From: an uncultured Coriobacteriia bacterium
GTDB lineage: Bacteria; Actinomycetota; Coriobacteriia; Anaerosomatales; PALSA-660
DNA: 64,000 nt
Direction: 5' to 3'
NCBI GenBank assembly: GCA_963726435.1
Contig: CAVSCJ010000007.1
Coordinates: forward strand, 129,021-193,020
Numbering within the stretch: position 1 is the stretch's first letter; the number at the start of each line of letters is the position of its first letter. Shown in pieces: positions 1-10,277 of this stretch. The position numbers were made by a program, and so were the translations under genes. The notes under the pieces are model-generated. The model ran no database searches and was not told the origin of the DNA. It saw only the letters and a list, made by a program, of their open reading frames with translations.

Positions 1-3
1 GGC

Positions 4-1050
4 GTGCGACTCGACGCGAGCCTGCGGCAGAGGGCGGAGCGCGCGGCGCAACGGGTCGCGCGCGTTCGCGGGAACGCCGGCCTTCCCGACGATTCTCGCA
101 TCATCGAGGGTGGGCGTGTCATCGCCGGCGGCGAGCAGACGGCGGGTATCACGGAGCTCGGCCCGCTGGCAGGCTTCGGCTACGTCGACTCGACGCAGGG
201 GCGACTGCGTGTGTACGCGGTCGCTCTCGGCGATGGCCGGAGCGTGCAGCTGGCCGACGCCGCGCGCCCCGCGATGACCGACAACGCGGGAACCGCACTC
301 GAACTGCTCGTTGTCGCGGCGCTGGTGGGCGTCGTGACGTACTTCCTCGGCTTGCGGTTCTCGAGAAGGGCGCTCGCCCCGGTCCACGAGAGCATCGCGC
401 GTCTCGAGCGCTTCACCGCGGACGTCGGGCACGAGCTTCGGACTCCTCTGGCGTCGGTTCGGGCGTCACTGGACGTCGCTGAGAGGACCGGTGACTGGAA
501 TGCGGCAGTCGACCGGGCGCGTGCCGAACTCGATCGAGCCTCCGCGCTCGTGGACCGGCTTCTGGAGCTGGCGCGCCTCGATCCGTCCGCCGTCGTGCTC
601 GAGACCGTGGATCTTCACGATGCGCTGGTGCGCGTTGTCGGTCTGTGTGCGCCGATGGCCGAGGAGCGCTCGATCGCCGTCAACGTTGTCGGGATGTCGG
701 GGAAGGTGTCGGCCGACCCGGTGCTGCTCGAACGGCTCGTGGCGAACCTGCTCGCGAACGCGATCCGCTTCGGCGATCGCGGATCGACCGTCACGCTCAG
801 CTTCTGCGACGAATCGATCGAGGTGCACAACGTCGGCGAGGCGATCCCGCCGGAGGATCTGCCGCACGTCTTCGAGCCCTTCTACCAGGCCGATCGTTCT
901 CGCACGGGCGAGGGTTCCGGGCTGGGTCTTGCGATTGCAGCCGTGATAGCGCAGGCGCACAGTTGGTCGCTTGGCGCGGCCAGCTCGCCGGGAGCAGGGA
1001 CCACATTCGTGGTCACGGTCCGCGCAGGCAAGGCGACCCATCGGCCTTAG
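4..1050 (+). CDS. Sensor histidine kinase (HisKA + HATPase_c); 5' end may lie outside the window
   Basis: H-box FTADVGHELRTPLASV. N/G boxes (LLANAIRFGD, GSGLGLAIA). One TM segment LLVVAALVGVVTYFLGL. The ORF opens at the window edge. Confidence 0.85.
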   Translation: MRLDASLRQRAERAAQRVARVRGNAGLPDDSRIIEGGRVIAGGEQTAGITELGPLAGFGYVDSTQGRLRVYAVALGDGRSVQLADAARPAMTDNAGTALELLVVAALVGVVTYFLGLRFSRRALAPVHESIARLERFTADVGHELRTPLASVRASLDVAERTGDWNAAVDRARAELDRASALVDRLLELARLDPSAVVLETVDLHDALVRVVGLCAPMAEERSIAVNVVGMSGKVSADPVLLERLVANLLANAIRFGDRGSTVTLSFCDESIEVHNVGEAIPPEDLPHVFEPFYQADRSRTGEGSGLGLAIAAVIAQAHSWSLGAASSPGAGTTFVVTVRAGKATHRP

Positions 1051-1115
1051 CCGGTTCTTATGCGAGGGCGGGCCACAGTCGTGTCACAGGCATCCATTCG
1101 AAGGGAGGTGGCACG

Positions 1116-1532
1116 ATGAAGAGATTCCTGCTCCCGATGCTGGCGATAGCGATACTGCTTGGAACGGCTGCGACGGCGTACGCCGTCACGATGACACTCG
1201 CGGAGGCCAAGAGCGCTCCCGCAGACACCGTTGTGACGGTCAGCGGCGAGATCACGGCCGCCGACGGCAACGACTACACCCTGTCCGACGGGACGGACAG
1301 CATCATCGTCGGCTTGGGTCCTACCTGGAACACGGTGGTCGGTCTGGCGGTGGGTGACAAGGTGACGGTCGAGGGCGAGATCGACAAGGGCAAGGACGGC
1401 AGCAAGGCGGCCGCGATCGACGGGTTCTCGGCCACGAAGGCCGACGGCACGAAGGTGACTGTCCGGACGGGCCCCGGCAAGCCCCCGTGGGCGGGTCGCG
1501 GAGGTCCGAAGGGCAAGGGCCCCAAGAAGTAG
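1116..1532 (+). CDS. Secreted OB-fold-like protein (signal peptide, Lys/Gly-rich tail)
   Basis: ATG at 1116 preceded by AAGGGAGG (1101-1108). N-terminal signal MKRFLLPMLAIAILLGTAATAYA. The longer ORF 645..1532 has no support upstream of this start. Confidence 0.6.
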   Translation: MKRFLLPMLAIAILLGTAATAYAVTMTLAEAKSAPADTVVTVSGEITAADGNDYTLSDGTDSIIVGLGPTWNTVVGLAVGDKVTVEGEIDKGKDGSKAAAIDGFSATKADGTKVTVRTGPGKPPWAGRGGPKGKGPKK

Positions 1533-1579
1533 ACCGGTGAAGGGCTCTCTCGCCCGGCCCCGGCGGGTGCACGGCAGAT

Positions 1580-1611
1580 GGGTCCCGGCTCCGCTCGTGG
1601 AGCCGGGACCC
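1580..1611 (+). terminator. GC-rich hairpin after the OB-fold gene
   Basis: GGGTCCCGGCTCC-GCTCGT-GGAGCCGGGACCC, a perfect 13-bp stem. The downstream T-tract is weak. Confidence 0.5.
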
Positions 1612-1654
1612 GGTCTTGCGCGCCCGGCGGGCCGCGTGTATCCTCCCACCTAAT

Positions 1655-1962
1655 CGAATCGAGCGTGCGCCAGTGACGGGGAAGAGTACCCCGATCGTCA
1701 AGCCCAGAGAGCCGGTGGTTGGTGGAAACCGGCGTGAGCGATCGGTGAGAATGGTCCCCTGAGGCTCCGGAGCAAAGGCCGCTAGGCGGGCTGACTAGTT
1801 CCGGCGGATTCCCACCGATACAAGGGACCGGATATCGGAGACGAGTTCCATCTCCCGTATCTCGGACACAAAGTGGGCTCGCCGCACCTATGGGCGGGTC
1901 AACAAGGGTGGTACCGCGAGAGAGTCTCTCGTCCCTTGGGGATGAGGGGCTTTTTGTGTTCC
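1655..1962 (+). promoter_or_regulatory. T-box riboswitch leader, Trp (UGG) specifier, with terminator/antiterminator
   Basis: Stem I elements AGAGAG and CCGG-TGGTTGGTGGAAA-CCGG. Specifier-loop context GAGAA-UGG-U (UGG at 1752-1754). Canonical T-box sequence AACAAGGGTGGTACCGCGAG at 1901-1920. This is followed by hairpin CTCGTCC-CTTGG-GGATGAG and GGGCTTTTTGTGTT. The leader lies directly upstream of trpE. Confidence 0.85.
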
Positions 1963-2040
1963 CGGGCACTCTCCGGGAGCGCGGGAGGACCCAAGGCGCG
2001 CGCCGAGAGCGTTCGGCCACGAGAAGAGAGCAAGGCCAAG

Positions 2041-3546
2041 ATGTTGCTGCCAGACAAAGAGGAGTTCATCGGGCTCGCCGCAGCTCACGACATCGTGCCG
2101 GTCGCGCGCGAGGTCTACGCCGACCTGGCCACGCCGATCTCCGCGTTCCTGGCGCTGGCGGAGGGCGCGCCCTTCGCGTTCCTGCTGGAGAGCGTGGTGG
2201 GAGGCGAGCGGCTCGGCCGCTACAGCTTCCTCGGGATCGGCGCCGATCGCGTCGTGACCGTGCGCGACGGCGTGGCCGAGATCACAGACGGGCCGTCGCA
2301 TCGCCGGATGCCGGCTCCCGATCCGCTCGAAGCGGTCGCCGGGCGCCTGAAGGCGGGGAGCGTCGCCCGGGTGCCCGGTCTGCCGCTCTTCATCGGCGGC
2401 GCGGTCGGATTCGTCGGCTACGAGGCCGCGACGGGGTTCGAGCCCACGATCCCCAGGCATCCCGTCGACGAGCTGAACGTCCCGGACGCCGCCTTCATGT
2501 TCACGTCCACGGTGGTGGCGTTCGACCACGCCCGCCGAGTCCTGCAAGTGATCGCGCCGGTCCGGCCGGGGACGGATCCGGGCGAGGACTACGACGACGC
2601 CGTCCTTCGGATCGACCGCGTACTCGAGACCCTGCGCACAGGATGCCCGTCGGCCCCGCTGGGCGAGGTCGGCGCGAGCGCCGAGGTCCCGCTGCGCGCC
2701 CACACCTCCCACGAGGACTTCGTCGCCTCCGTGAGCGCCGCCAAGGAGCACATCGCCGCCGGCGACTGCTTCCAGATCGTGCTCTCGCAACGCTTCTCGG
2801 CGCCCCTCGAAGGTGACGGACTCGACCTCTACCGGGTCCTGCGCGCCGTGAACCCGAGCCCGTACATGTTCTACCTGCGCACTCCCGAGGTGACGCTGGT
2901 CGGTTCCAGTCCCGAGCCGCTCGTCCGCGTCGAAGGCGATCAGGTGCTCACGCGCCCGCTAGCGGGCACGCGCCCGCGCGGGGCGACCGCGCTCGAGGAC
3001 GGGTGCCTGCGCGCGGACCTGCTCGCCGACGAGAAGGAGCGCGCCGAGCACGTCATGCTCGTGGACCTCGGGCGCAACGACCTTGGTCGCGTCAGCGTCG
3101 CGGGCAGCGTGCGCGTCGACGAGCTCATGGAGGTCGAGAACTACAGCCACGTCATGCACATCGTGAGCAACGTCACCGGCACGCTGGCGCCGGGCTGTGA
3201 CGCCTTCGACGCGCTCCGCGCCACGTTCCCGGCCGGAACGGTGAGCGGAGCGCCGAAGATCCGCGCGATGCAGATCATCCGCGAGCTGGAGCCTGCGGCG
3301 CGCGGGCCCTACGCGGGCACCGTCGGCTACATCGGAGCGGACGGTGCGATGGACATGTGCATCACGATCCGCACTTTCATCCTCACCGGCGGTCGCGCTT
3401 ACCTCCAGTCGGGAGCCGGGATCGTGTCCGACTCCGACCCGGAGAAGGAGTACGAGGAGACCCTGCACAAGGCCCGCGCTCTGCACAACGCGCTGGAACT
3501 CGCGGCCGGCTTGCGGGCGCGGCCCGAAGTGGCGGTGGTGGCGTGA
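2041..3546 (+). CDS. trpE: Anthranilate synthase component I
   Basis: Full-length TrpE-like translation ([62 protein letters not shown]). Start set to the first ATG after the T-box terminator. Confidence 0.9.
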   Translation: MLLPDKEEFIGLAAAHDIVPVAREVYADLATPISAFLALAEGAPFAFLLESVVGGERLGRYSFLGIGADRVVTVRDGVAEITDGPSHRRMPAPDPLEAVAGRLKAGSVARVPGLPLFIGGAVGFVGYEAATGFEPTIPRHPVDELNVPDAAFMFTSTVVAFDHARRVLQVIAPVRPGTDPGEDYDDAVLRIDRVLETLRTGCPSAPLGEVGASAEVPLRAHTSHEDFVASVSAAKEHIAAGDCFQIVLSQRFSAPLEGDGLDLYRVLRAVNPSPYMFYLRTPEVTLVGSSPEPLVRVEGDQVLTRPLAGTRPRGATALEDGCLRADLLADEKERAEHVMLVDLGRNDLGRVSVAGSVRVDELMEVENYSHVMHIVSNVTGTLAPGCDAFDALRATFPAGTVSGAPKIRAMQIIRELEPAARGPYAGTVGYIGADGAMDMCITIRTFILTGGRAYLQSGAGIVSDSDPEKEYEETLHKARALHNALELAAGLRARPEVAVVA

Positions 3547-5228
3547 TACTCGTCATCGACAACTACGATTCCTTCACCTACAACCTCGTGCAGCTGCTCG
3601 GGCTGCTCGGAGCGGAGGTGCGCGTCGAGCGCAACGACAGCGTCTCGGTCGGCCAGGTGCTCGCGATGGCGCCGAGGGGCATCGTCGTATCGCCGGGTCC
3701 GGGAACGCCGGACGCCGCCGGCGCGAGCGAGGCCATCGTTGCCGCGGCCGCGGAGGCGGGAATCCCGCTTCTGGGCGTGTGCCTCGGCCACCAGGCGATC
3801 GCCGAGGTCTTCGGAGGGCACGTGATCCGAGCCGACGAAGCGGTGCACGGCAAGACCTCGACCGTGAGGCACTCGGGCAAGGGCCTGATGGCAGGTATGC
3901 CGCCGGAGTTCACCGCCACGCGCTATCACTCGCTGATCGTGGAACGTGACAGTCTGCCGGAGTGCATGGAGGTCACCGCGGAGACCGCGGATGGGCTGAT
4001 CATGGCCATGCAGCACGCCGACAAGCCCGTCTTCGGTGTCCAGTTCCATCCCGAGTCGGTCCTCACCCCTGAGGGCGCCATCCTGATGCGCAACTTCCTC
4101 CAGCTTGCGGGCGAGGTGGAGCGCGCGGAGGAGCCGGAGGGTTCGGCCGGTCCCAAGGTGATCGCGGAGGGCGACGAGGTGACCGTTCCCGCAGCCATCG
4201 GCGTCGCCGCCTCGGGAGGGTCGCTCACCGAGGAGCAGGCCACCGAGGTGATGGGGCGCGTCATGGACGGCGAGGCCACTCCCGCGCAGATCGCCTCTCT
4301 CGTGACCGCGATGCGGATGAAGGGGGAGACCGTCGCGGAGATCACCGGCTTCGCGCGCGCGATGCGCGCCCGGGCCACCGTAGTGCGGCCGCGCGCGGCG
4401 GGGCTGCTCGACACCTGCGGCACCGGTGGCGACGGCCTTGCGACCTTCAACATCTCTACGACGACCGCCTTCGTGGTCGCGGGCGCGGGAGTGCCCGTTG
4501 CCAAGCACGGGAACCGGGCCGTGTCCTCGAGGTCGGGGAGCGCGGACGTGCTGGAGGCGCTCGGCGTGCGGATCGACGTCTCTCCCGAGGACATGGCTCG
4601 CTGCATCGACGAGGTCGGAGTGGGCTTCCTGTTCGCCATGGCCCTGCACGCCTCGATGCGCCATGCCGGCGGACCCCGCCGCGAGATCGCCATCCGTACG
4701 GTGTTCAACATCCTCGGCCCGCTCACGAACCCGGCGGGTGCGAAGCGCCAGCTGCTCGGCGTCTACGACCCCACGCTGGCGCCCGTCATGGCCGAGGTGG
4801 CCGGGCGTCTGGGGGCCGAGCGCGTCATGGTCGTGCACGGCCACCCGGGTATGGACGAGGTGTCCGCCTCCGGTCCGACGACAGTCGCCGAGTTCGTCGA
4901 CGGGGCCGTGCGCACCTACACCATCGAGCCCGAGACGGTCGGCATCGCCGCCGTCTCGCCCCGCGCCGTGGCAGGTGGAGACGCCGCCGCCAACGCGCGG
5001 ATCCTTCGCGACGTGCTCGAAGGCGTCCACGGAGCGCCGCGCGACACCGTGCTCATCAACGCCGCCGCAGCCCTGATGGTCGCGGGCCGTGCCGCCGACC
5101 TGGCTGAAGGCGTCGCCCTGGCGCGCCGCAGCATCGACTCGGGCAACGCGCTCGCCTGCCTGGAAGGTCTGGTCTCCCTCACCGCGCGTCTCGGCGCCGA
5201 GGCGGACGCGGCGAAAGCGGTGGTGTAG
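3543..5228 (+). CDS. trpGD: Bifunctional anthranilate synthase component II (glutamine amidotransferase) / anthranilate phosphoribosyltransferase
   Basis: GTG at 3543 overlaps the trpE stop (GTGA). N-terminal GATase ([34 protein letters not shown]). C-terminal TrpD ([38 protein letters not shown]). Confidence 0.9.
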   Translation: MILVIDNYDSFTYNLVQLLGLLGAEVRVERNDSVSVGQVLAMAPRGIVVSPGPGTPDAAGASEAIVAAAAEAGIPLLGVCLGHQAIAEVFGGHVIRADEAVHGKTSTVRHSGKGLMAGMPPEFTATRYHSLIVERDSLPECMEVTAETADGLIMAMQHADKPVFGVQFHPESVLTPEGAILMRNFLQLAGEVERAEEPEGSAGPKVIAEGDEVTVPAAIGVAASGGSLTEEQATEVMGRVMDGEATPAQIASLVTAMRMKGETVAEITGFARAMRARATVVRPRAAGLLDTCGTGGDGLATFNISTTTAFVVAGAGVPVAKHGNRAVSSRSGSADVLEALGVRIDVSPEDMARCIDEVGVGFLFAMALHASMRHAGGPRREIAIRTVFNILGPLTNPAGAKRQLLGVYDPTLAPVMAEVAGRLGAERVMVVHGHPGMDEVSASGPTTVAEFVDGAVRTYTIEPETVGIAAVSPRAVAGGDAAANARILRDVLEGVHGAPRDTVLINAAAALMVAGRAADLAEGVALARRSIDSGNALACLEGLVSLTARLGAEADAAKAVV

Positions 5229-6047
5229 GTGATCGCCGTCACAACCAGCTTCCTGGGCCGCATCGTGGAGGTCCGGCGCGCGGAGGTCTCCGCCACCTGG
5301 GGAAGGCTCGCGCCCGCTGACCTCGAGCGCCTCGCCTGCTGCGCGAGAGCGCCGCGCGACTTCGAGGCGGCCTTGCGCGACACGCTGGCGGTCGCCGTGA
5401 TCGGCGAGGTCAAGAAGGCCTCGCCCTCATCCGGCCCGATAGCGCCCGACATCGACGCCTCCAAGCAGGCGATGCATTACCAGAATGGCGGAGCGGCGGC
5501 CATCAGCGTGCTCACCGAACCCAGCGAGTTCCTCGGGTCCTTTGCCGACCTGTCCGACGTGGCGGACGCGGTGGACGTGCCTGTGCTTTGCAAGGACTTC
5601 GTGGTCGACCCCTTGCAGCTCTTCGTCGCGCGCGGGCACTGCGCCGATGCGGCGCTGCTGATGGTCAGCGTGCTCGGCGACGAGATCCGCGCCTATATGG
5701 ACCTCGCCTCGACCCTGCGGCTGCAGTGCCTGGTGGAGGTGGTGTCCGAGTGCGAGCTCGAGATAGCTCTGCGCGCGGGCGCCTCCATGATCGCTGTGAA
5801 CGCCCGTGACCTGCACTCGCTTCAGGTGGACCTTGCGGCGGCCGGCCCGGTGATCGCACGGGCGAAGCACCACGGGATGACGGTCGTCCACGCGAGCGGC
5901 GTGCGCTCGCGAGCCGATGTGGAGGAAGCCGCGGCGGCAGGCGCCGACGCGGTGCTCGTAGGGGAGGCGCTCATGCGCGCGCCCTTCCCCGAAGACGTCC
6001 TGGCGGATCTGACGGGTGTGGCGAAGGCCGTGCCCGTGATCGGATAG
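5229..6047 (+). CDS. trpC: Indole-3-glycerol phosphate synthase
   Basis: GTG immediately after the trpGD stop. Motifs AVIGEVKKASPSSG, ISVLTEP.F.GS, CKDFVVD, LVEV, IAVNARDL. Confidence 0.85.
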   Translation: MIAVTTSFLGRIVEVRRAEVSATWGRLAPADLERLACCARAPRDFEAALRDTLAVAVIGEVKKASPSSGPIAPDIDASKQAMHYQNGGAAAISVLTEPSEFLGSFADLSDVADAVDVPVLCKDFVVDPLQLFVARGHCADAALLMVSVLGDEIRAYMDLASTLRLQCLVEVVSECELEIALRAGASMIAVNARDLHSLQVDLAAAGPVIARAKHHGMTVVHASGVRSRADVEEAAAAGADAVLVGEALMRAPFPEDVLADLTGVAKAVPVIG

Positions 6048-6113
6048 AGGACGACACGTTCGAGCGGACGGTCCACGACAGACGACAGCACCACGAAGAA
6101 GGGAGCTACGCCG

Positions 6114-7481
6114 ATGTCATCCGACAAGACGAGGTTCGGACTCGACGAGACCAGGATCCCGGAGGCCTGGTACAACATCATGCCCGACCTGAAGAACCCA
6201 CCGGCACCGCCGAAGGCGTTCGCGCCGGACGGCACCGAGCTGGGGCCTGACCAGATCGGCGAGCGTCTCGCCTCGCTCTTCCCGATGGAGGTTCTCAAGC
6301 AGGAGATGTCGTCCGACCGCTGGATCGACATCCCCGGCGCGGTGATCGACGTCTACAAGACGTACCGCCCGTCGCCTCTGCTGCGCGCCCGCCAGCTCGA
6401 GCGCGTCCTCGGGCTGCCCGACGGGGTGAAGATCTTCTACAAGTACGAGGGTGTCAGCCCCGCGGGTTCGCACAAGCCCAACACCGCGATCCCGCAGGCC
6501 TACTACAACAAACAGGAGGGCATCACCAAGATCTCCACCGAGACCGGCGCGGGCCAGTGGGGCAGCGCGCTGTCGATCGCCGGCGCGCTGTTCGGGATCG
6601 ACGTCGAAGTGTTCATGGTCAGGGTGAGCTACGAGCAGAAGCCGTATCGCCGCATCCTGATGGAGACCTACGGAGCGACGGTGCACGCCTCGCCGACCAA
6701 CCTCACCGACGCCGGGCGCCACGTTCTGTCGATGGACCCGGACTCGACCGGTTCTCTCGGCATCGCCATCTCCGAGGCCGTCGAGGTCGCCGCGAAGGAC
6801 GCGGACACGCACTACTCGCTGGGGTCCGTGCTCAACCATGTGTGTCTGCACCAGACGATCATCGGTCTCGAGGCCATCGAGCAGATGGCGTTGGCAGAGG
6901 AAGAGCCCGACGTCGTCATCGCATGCGTCGGCGGAGGCTCCAACTTCGCCGGGATCGCGTTCCCGTACTACCATCGCAAGCTGCAGGGCAAGAGCAATGC
7001 GCGTCTGCTCGCCGTCGAGCCGAAGGCCTGCCCGACGCTCACGGCCGGCGAATATCGGTACGACCTCGGCGACGAGGCGGGCATGACGCCGCAGATGCTC
7101 ATGTATACGCTCGGCCACGACTTCGTCCCCGCCGGCATCCACGCGGGCGGACTGCGCTACCATGGCGACTCGCCGCTGGTGAGCCAGCTCGTACACGAGG
7201 GCGAAGCCGAGGCGATCGCCGTCGATCAGATCGCGTGCTTCGCCGCGGCCGTGCAGTTCGCGCGCGCCGAGGGCATCCTGCCCGCGCCGGAGAGCAGCCA
7301 TGCCATCCTCGCCGCGATCAACGAGGCGAAGGCGGCCCAGGCAGCCGGCGAGGACAGGACGATCCTGTTCAACCTCTCGGGTCACGGTCACTTCGACCTG
7401 GCCGCGTACGCCGCATACAACAACGGCGAGTTGAAGGACTTCGACTTCGCCGCAGGCTCGACCCTGTGTGAAGCCGAGTAG
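6114..7481 (+). CDS. trpB2: TrpB2-type tryptophan synthase beta-like PLP enzyme
   Basis: 455 aa. N-terminus IPEAWYNIMPDL and GSHKPNTA, GAGQWGSAL, GGGSNFAGI are typical of the long TrpB2 clade. RBS GAAGGGAG lies upstream. Confidence 0.8.
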   Translation: MSSDKTRFGLDETRIPEAWYNIMPDLKNPPAPPKAFAPDGTELGPDQIGERLASLFPMEVLKQEMSSDRWIDIPGAVIDVYKTYRPSPLLRARQLERVLGLPDGVKIFYKYEGVSPAGSHKPNTAIPQAYYNKQEGITKISTETGAGQWGSALSIAGALFGIDVEVFMVRVSYEQKPYRRILMETYGATVHASPTNLTDAGRHVLSMDPDSTGSLGIAISEAVEVAAKDADTHYSLGSVLNHVCLHQTIIGLEAIEQMALAEEEPDVVIACVGGGSNFAGIAFPYYHRKLQGKSNARLLAVEPKACPTLTAGEYRYDLGDEAGMTPQMLMYTLGHDFVPAGIHAGGLRYHGDSPLVSQLVHEGEAEAIAVDQIACFAAAVQFARAEGILPAPESSHAILAAINEAKAAQAAGEDRTILFNLSGHGHFDLAAYAAYNNGELKDFDFAAGSTLCEAE

Positions 7482-7491
7482 GAGAGACGCG

Positions 7492-8152
7492 ATGACGGTG
7501 CCCCGGACGAGGGTGAAGGTGTGCGGCCTCACGCGCGTGAGCGACGCGCGCGAGGCCGCACGCGCGGGCGCGGACGCGCTCGGCGTCATCCTCGCTCCGG
7601 GGCACCGGCGTTCTCTGACGATCGGCGACGCAGCCGCCGTGTTCGCGGGCGCGCCGCCTGAAGCGACGAGGACCGGTGTGTTCGTGGACGCCCCTCTCGC
7701 CGAGGTGATCGAGGCCGTCTCGCGGCTCGGTCTGACCGAGGTGCAGTTGCACGGGTCGGAGGACCCTGCCTACTGCGCGCGGGTGCCGGTGGCTGTCGTG
7801 AAGACGTTCCACATCGGCGCGGGAGTCGACGCGCCGGCGATCGAGCGCTACCGCGGCGCCGTGTCAGCCGTGCTGCTCGACACGCTCGTGGAGGGCGAGG
7901 TGGGAGGCAGCGGGTGTGCCTTCGACTGGGGTCTTGCGAGCGCAGTCCCCGATGTCGCACCGGTCTACCTGGCCGGCGGCCTGACTCCCGACAACGTCGG
8001 CGAGGCCGTGCTGCGCGCGCGTCCCGCCGGCGTGGACGTGTCCTCCGGCGTCGAGGAGTCGCCCGGGCATCAAGAACGAGGCGAAGATGGAGCGGTTCGT
8101 CGAGGCGGTGCGCGCTGCCGACCGCGCGTACGAGGAGGTGGCGGCAAGATGA
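7492..8152 (+). CDS. trpF: Phosphoribosylanthranilate isomerase, frameshifted near its 3' end
   Basis: RBS AGGAGAG then ATG 7492. RVKVCGLTRVSDAREAARAGADALGVIL. After VSSGVEESPG the expected C-terminus IKNEAKMERFVEAVRAADRAYEEVAAR* is in the +1 frame. The shift is at the CCCGGG run, 8062-8067. That frame stops at TGA 8150-8152, overlapping the trpB ATG. Confidence 0.8.
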
Positions 8153-9369
8153 GCGACCTCCTCCCGAGCGCCGGGACCGCCTACCGCGGTGCCGACGCAC
8201 AGGGCTTCTTCGGCCCCTACGGCGGTTCTTTCGTGCCCGAGACCGTGGTGCCCGCTCTGCAGGAGCTCACTGCCGCCTTCGAGGCGCGGGACGAGGACTT
8301 CGAACTCGAGTTGGCGGGCCTGCTGCGCGACTACGTCGGGCGTCCGACCCCACTGACGAGGGCGGACAACCTGGCGGCGGCGACCGGGCTCGGCCGCGTC
8401 TACCTCAAGCGCGAAGACCTCGCGCACACCGGCGCGCACAAGATCAACAACACCCTGGGCCAGTGCCTGCTCGCGAAGCGCATGGGAAAGCGACGGGTGA
8501 TCGCCGAGACAGGCGCCGGCCAGCACGGTGTGGCGACCGCCACGACCTGCGCGCTGCTCGGGCTCGAGTGCGCCGTGTTCATGGGGGTCGAGGACATCCG
8601 CCGCCAGTCGCTCAACGTCTACAAGATGCGGCTGCTGGGCGCGGAGGTCGTACCGGTCGAAGAGGGGAGCGGCACGCTCGCCGACGCCGTGACCGCAGCG
8701 CTGCGCCACTGGGTCGAGCGGGTCGAGGACACGTTCTACTGCATCGGCAGCGCGGTCGGACCCCATCCATACCCGACGATGGTGCGCGAGTTCCAGAAGG
8801 TCGTCGGCGAGGAGACCATCGCACAGCTGCAAGTGAAGGGGGTCGGCCGAGTGGACGCGGTCGTCGCGTGCGTGGGTGGCGGCAGCAACGCGATCGGCAC
8901 GTTCTACCCGTTCGTGGCGGGGATCCCGGCAGTCGAGCGACCCCTGCTCGTGGGCGCCGAGGCCGCCGGCCTGGGCCTCGACACCGACAGGACCGGCGCG
9001 TCGATCACTCTCGGGACGCCCGGCGTGATGCACGGCTTCTACAGCTATCTGCTGCAGGACGGGGCCGGCAACCCGCTCGAGGCCTACTCCATCTCGGCCG
9101 GGCTGGACTACCCCGGAGTAGGTCCGGAGCACGCCTACCTGAAGGACGAGGGGCTCGTGCGCTACGAGGCGGTGACGGACGCCGAGGCGCTCGAGGCGTT
9201 CGCCCTGCTCACCCGGTGTGAGGGCATCATCCCCGCGATCGAGTCGGCACACGCTCTCGCCCTGCTGCCCCGGCTGGCCGCCGAGTTCGGGCCAAGGGCC
9301 ACTGTGGTGGTCACCGTGTCGGGCCGCGGCGACAAGGACATCGACATCGTCCGGGAAGCCGGGCTCTGA
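8149..9369 (+). CDS. trpB: Tryptophan synthase beta chain (TrpB1 type)
   Basis: ATG 8149. FGPYGGSFVPETV, HTGAHKINN, ETGAGQHGVATA, GGGSNAIG, SAGLDYPGVGPEH. As read, it is in frame with the shifted trpF tail (ORF 7468..9369). Confidence 0.9.
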   Translation: MSDLLPSAGTAYRGADAQGFFGPYGGSFVPETVVPALQELTAAFEARDEDFELELAGLLRDYVGRPTPLTRADNLAAATGLGRVYLKREDLAHTGAHKINNTLGQCLLAKRMGKRRVIAETGAGQHGVATATTCALLGLECAVFMGVEDIRRQSLNVYKMRLLGAEVVPVEEGSGTLADAVTAALRHWVERVEDTFYCIGSAVGPHPYPTMVREFQKVVGEETIAQLQVKGVGRVDAVVACVGGGSNAIGTFYPFVAGIPAVERPLLVGAEAAGLGLDTDRTGASITLGTPGVMHGFYSYLLQDGAGNPLEAYSISAGLDYPGVGPEHAYLKDEGLVRYEAVTDAEALEAFALLTRCEGIIPAIESAHALALLPRLAAEFGPRATVVVTVSGRGDKDIDIVREAGL

Positions 9370-9371
9370 CC

Positions 9372-10175
9372 GTGGACCGAGGCGGACCCCGCGCGCTCCG
9401 CTCCGCGTTCGGCAAGGGGCATCCCGCGCTCATCACCTACCTGATGGCGGGGTACCCCGACAGGGCCGGTTCGATCGCCGCCATCGTCGCCGCGGCACGA
9501 GCGGGGGCCGACCTCATCGAGCTCGGAGTCCCGTACGCCGATCCCCTCGCCGACGGTCCGACGATCGTGGACGCGGCCGACGTCGCGCGCTCGGCGCCGG
9601 GCGGCTTCGGGCTCGCCGAGACGCTCGGGATCGCACTCGATCTGGCCGGCGACGAGCCGCTTCCCCCCATCGCGCTGATGACCTACCTCAACCCGATGCT
9701 CTCCTACGGGTTCTCACGCCTAGTCGCCGATGCCGTCGCCGCGGGGGTCGGCGGCTTCATAGTCCCCGACATGCCGCACGACAGCCCGATGGCCTCCCGC
9801 TGGCTCGACGCTTCGCGACGGCTCGGCCTCGAGACCGTGTTCCTAGTGGCCCCGACCTCCACTCCCGAGCGGATCCGTGCGGTGGTCGCGGCCTCGGAGG
9901 GGTTCGTCTACGTCGTTTCCAGGGTCGGAGTGACCGGCGAGAGGGGACACCTGCCCGATGGGCTTTCCCATCTCGTGGAACGCGTACGGGCGGTGGCGCC
10001 CTCAGGGCTGCCTGTCGCAGTGGGATTCGGCATCTCGACGCCCGAGCAGGCAGCCGCCGTTGCCGGCATCGCGGACGGGGTCATCGTCGGAAGCTCCATC
10101 GTGAACCGTCAAGGCGAGCCCGAGGAGGTCTCGGCCTTCGTGGCGGAGCTTGCGACCGCCGTGCACCTCTACTGA
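9372..10175 (+). CDS. trpA: Tryptophan synthase alpha chain
   Basis: GTG 9372, 2 nt after the trpB stop. LITYLMAGYPD, IELGVPYADPLADGPTI, GFIVPD, VGFGIS. Confidence 0.88.
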   Translation: MDRGGPRALRSAFGKGHPALITYLMAGYPDRAGSIAAIVAAARAGADLIELGVPYADPLADGPTIVDAADVARSAPGGFGLAETLGIALDLAGDEPLPPIALMTYLNPMLSYGFSRLVADAVAAGVGGFIVPDMPHDSPMASRWLDASRRLGLETVFLVAPTSTPERIRAVVAASEGFVYVVSRVGVTGERGHLPDGLSHLVERVRAVAPSGLPVAVGFGISTPEQAAAVAGIADGVIVGSSIVNRQGEPEEVSAFVAELATAVHLY

Positions 10176-10277
10176 GGGCACCTCGCGTGCCGCAGGCCGC
10201 TTACACTTTTGCGCCCCGGCGGGCTACTATTCGGTGTGAGCCGCGCCTCCACGGCGCCCATGAAAGGGGGGCTCGAC

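Noticed and set aside
1873-2040. The ORF-track start at 1873 for trpE.
   Set aside because: This upstream extension translates the T-box and terminator sequence. The first ATG after the terminator (2041) is used instead.
3399-5030. Long antisense ORFs across the core region (for example 3399..5030 -, 6117..7589 -, 7864..9252 -, 12995..14455 -, 17429..19174 -, 31641..32930 -).
   Set aside because: Their translations are Arg/Gly/Ala/Pro-rich and low-complexity with no motifs. They lie opposite genes with strong family signatures. These are typical shadow ORFs of high-GC DNA.
7468-9369. Taking the 633-aa ORF at face value as a natural TrpF-TrpB fusion protein.
   Set aside because: The conserved TrpF C-terminus and its stop (ATGA overlap with trpB) are intact in the +1 frame, and the 'linker' is out-of-frame trpF sequence. 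It is treated as a frameshift and flagged for read-level checking.
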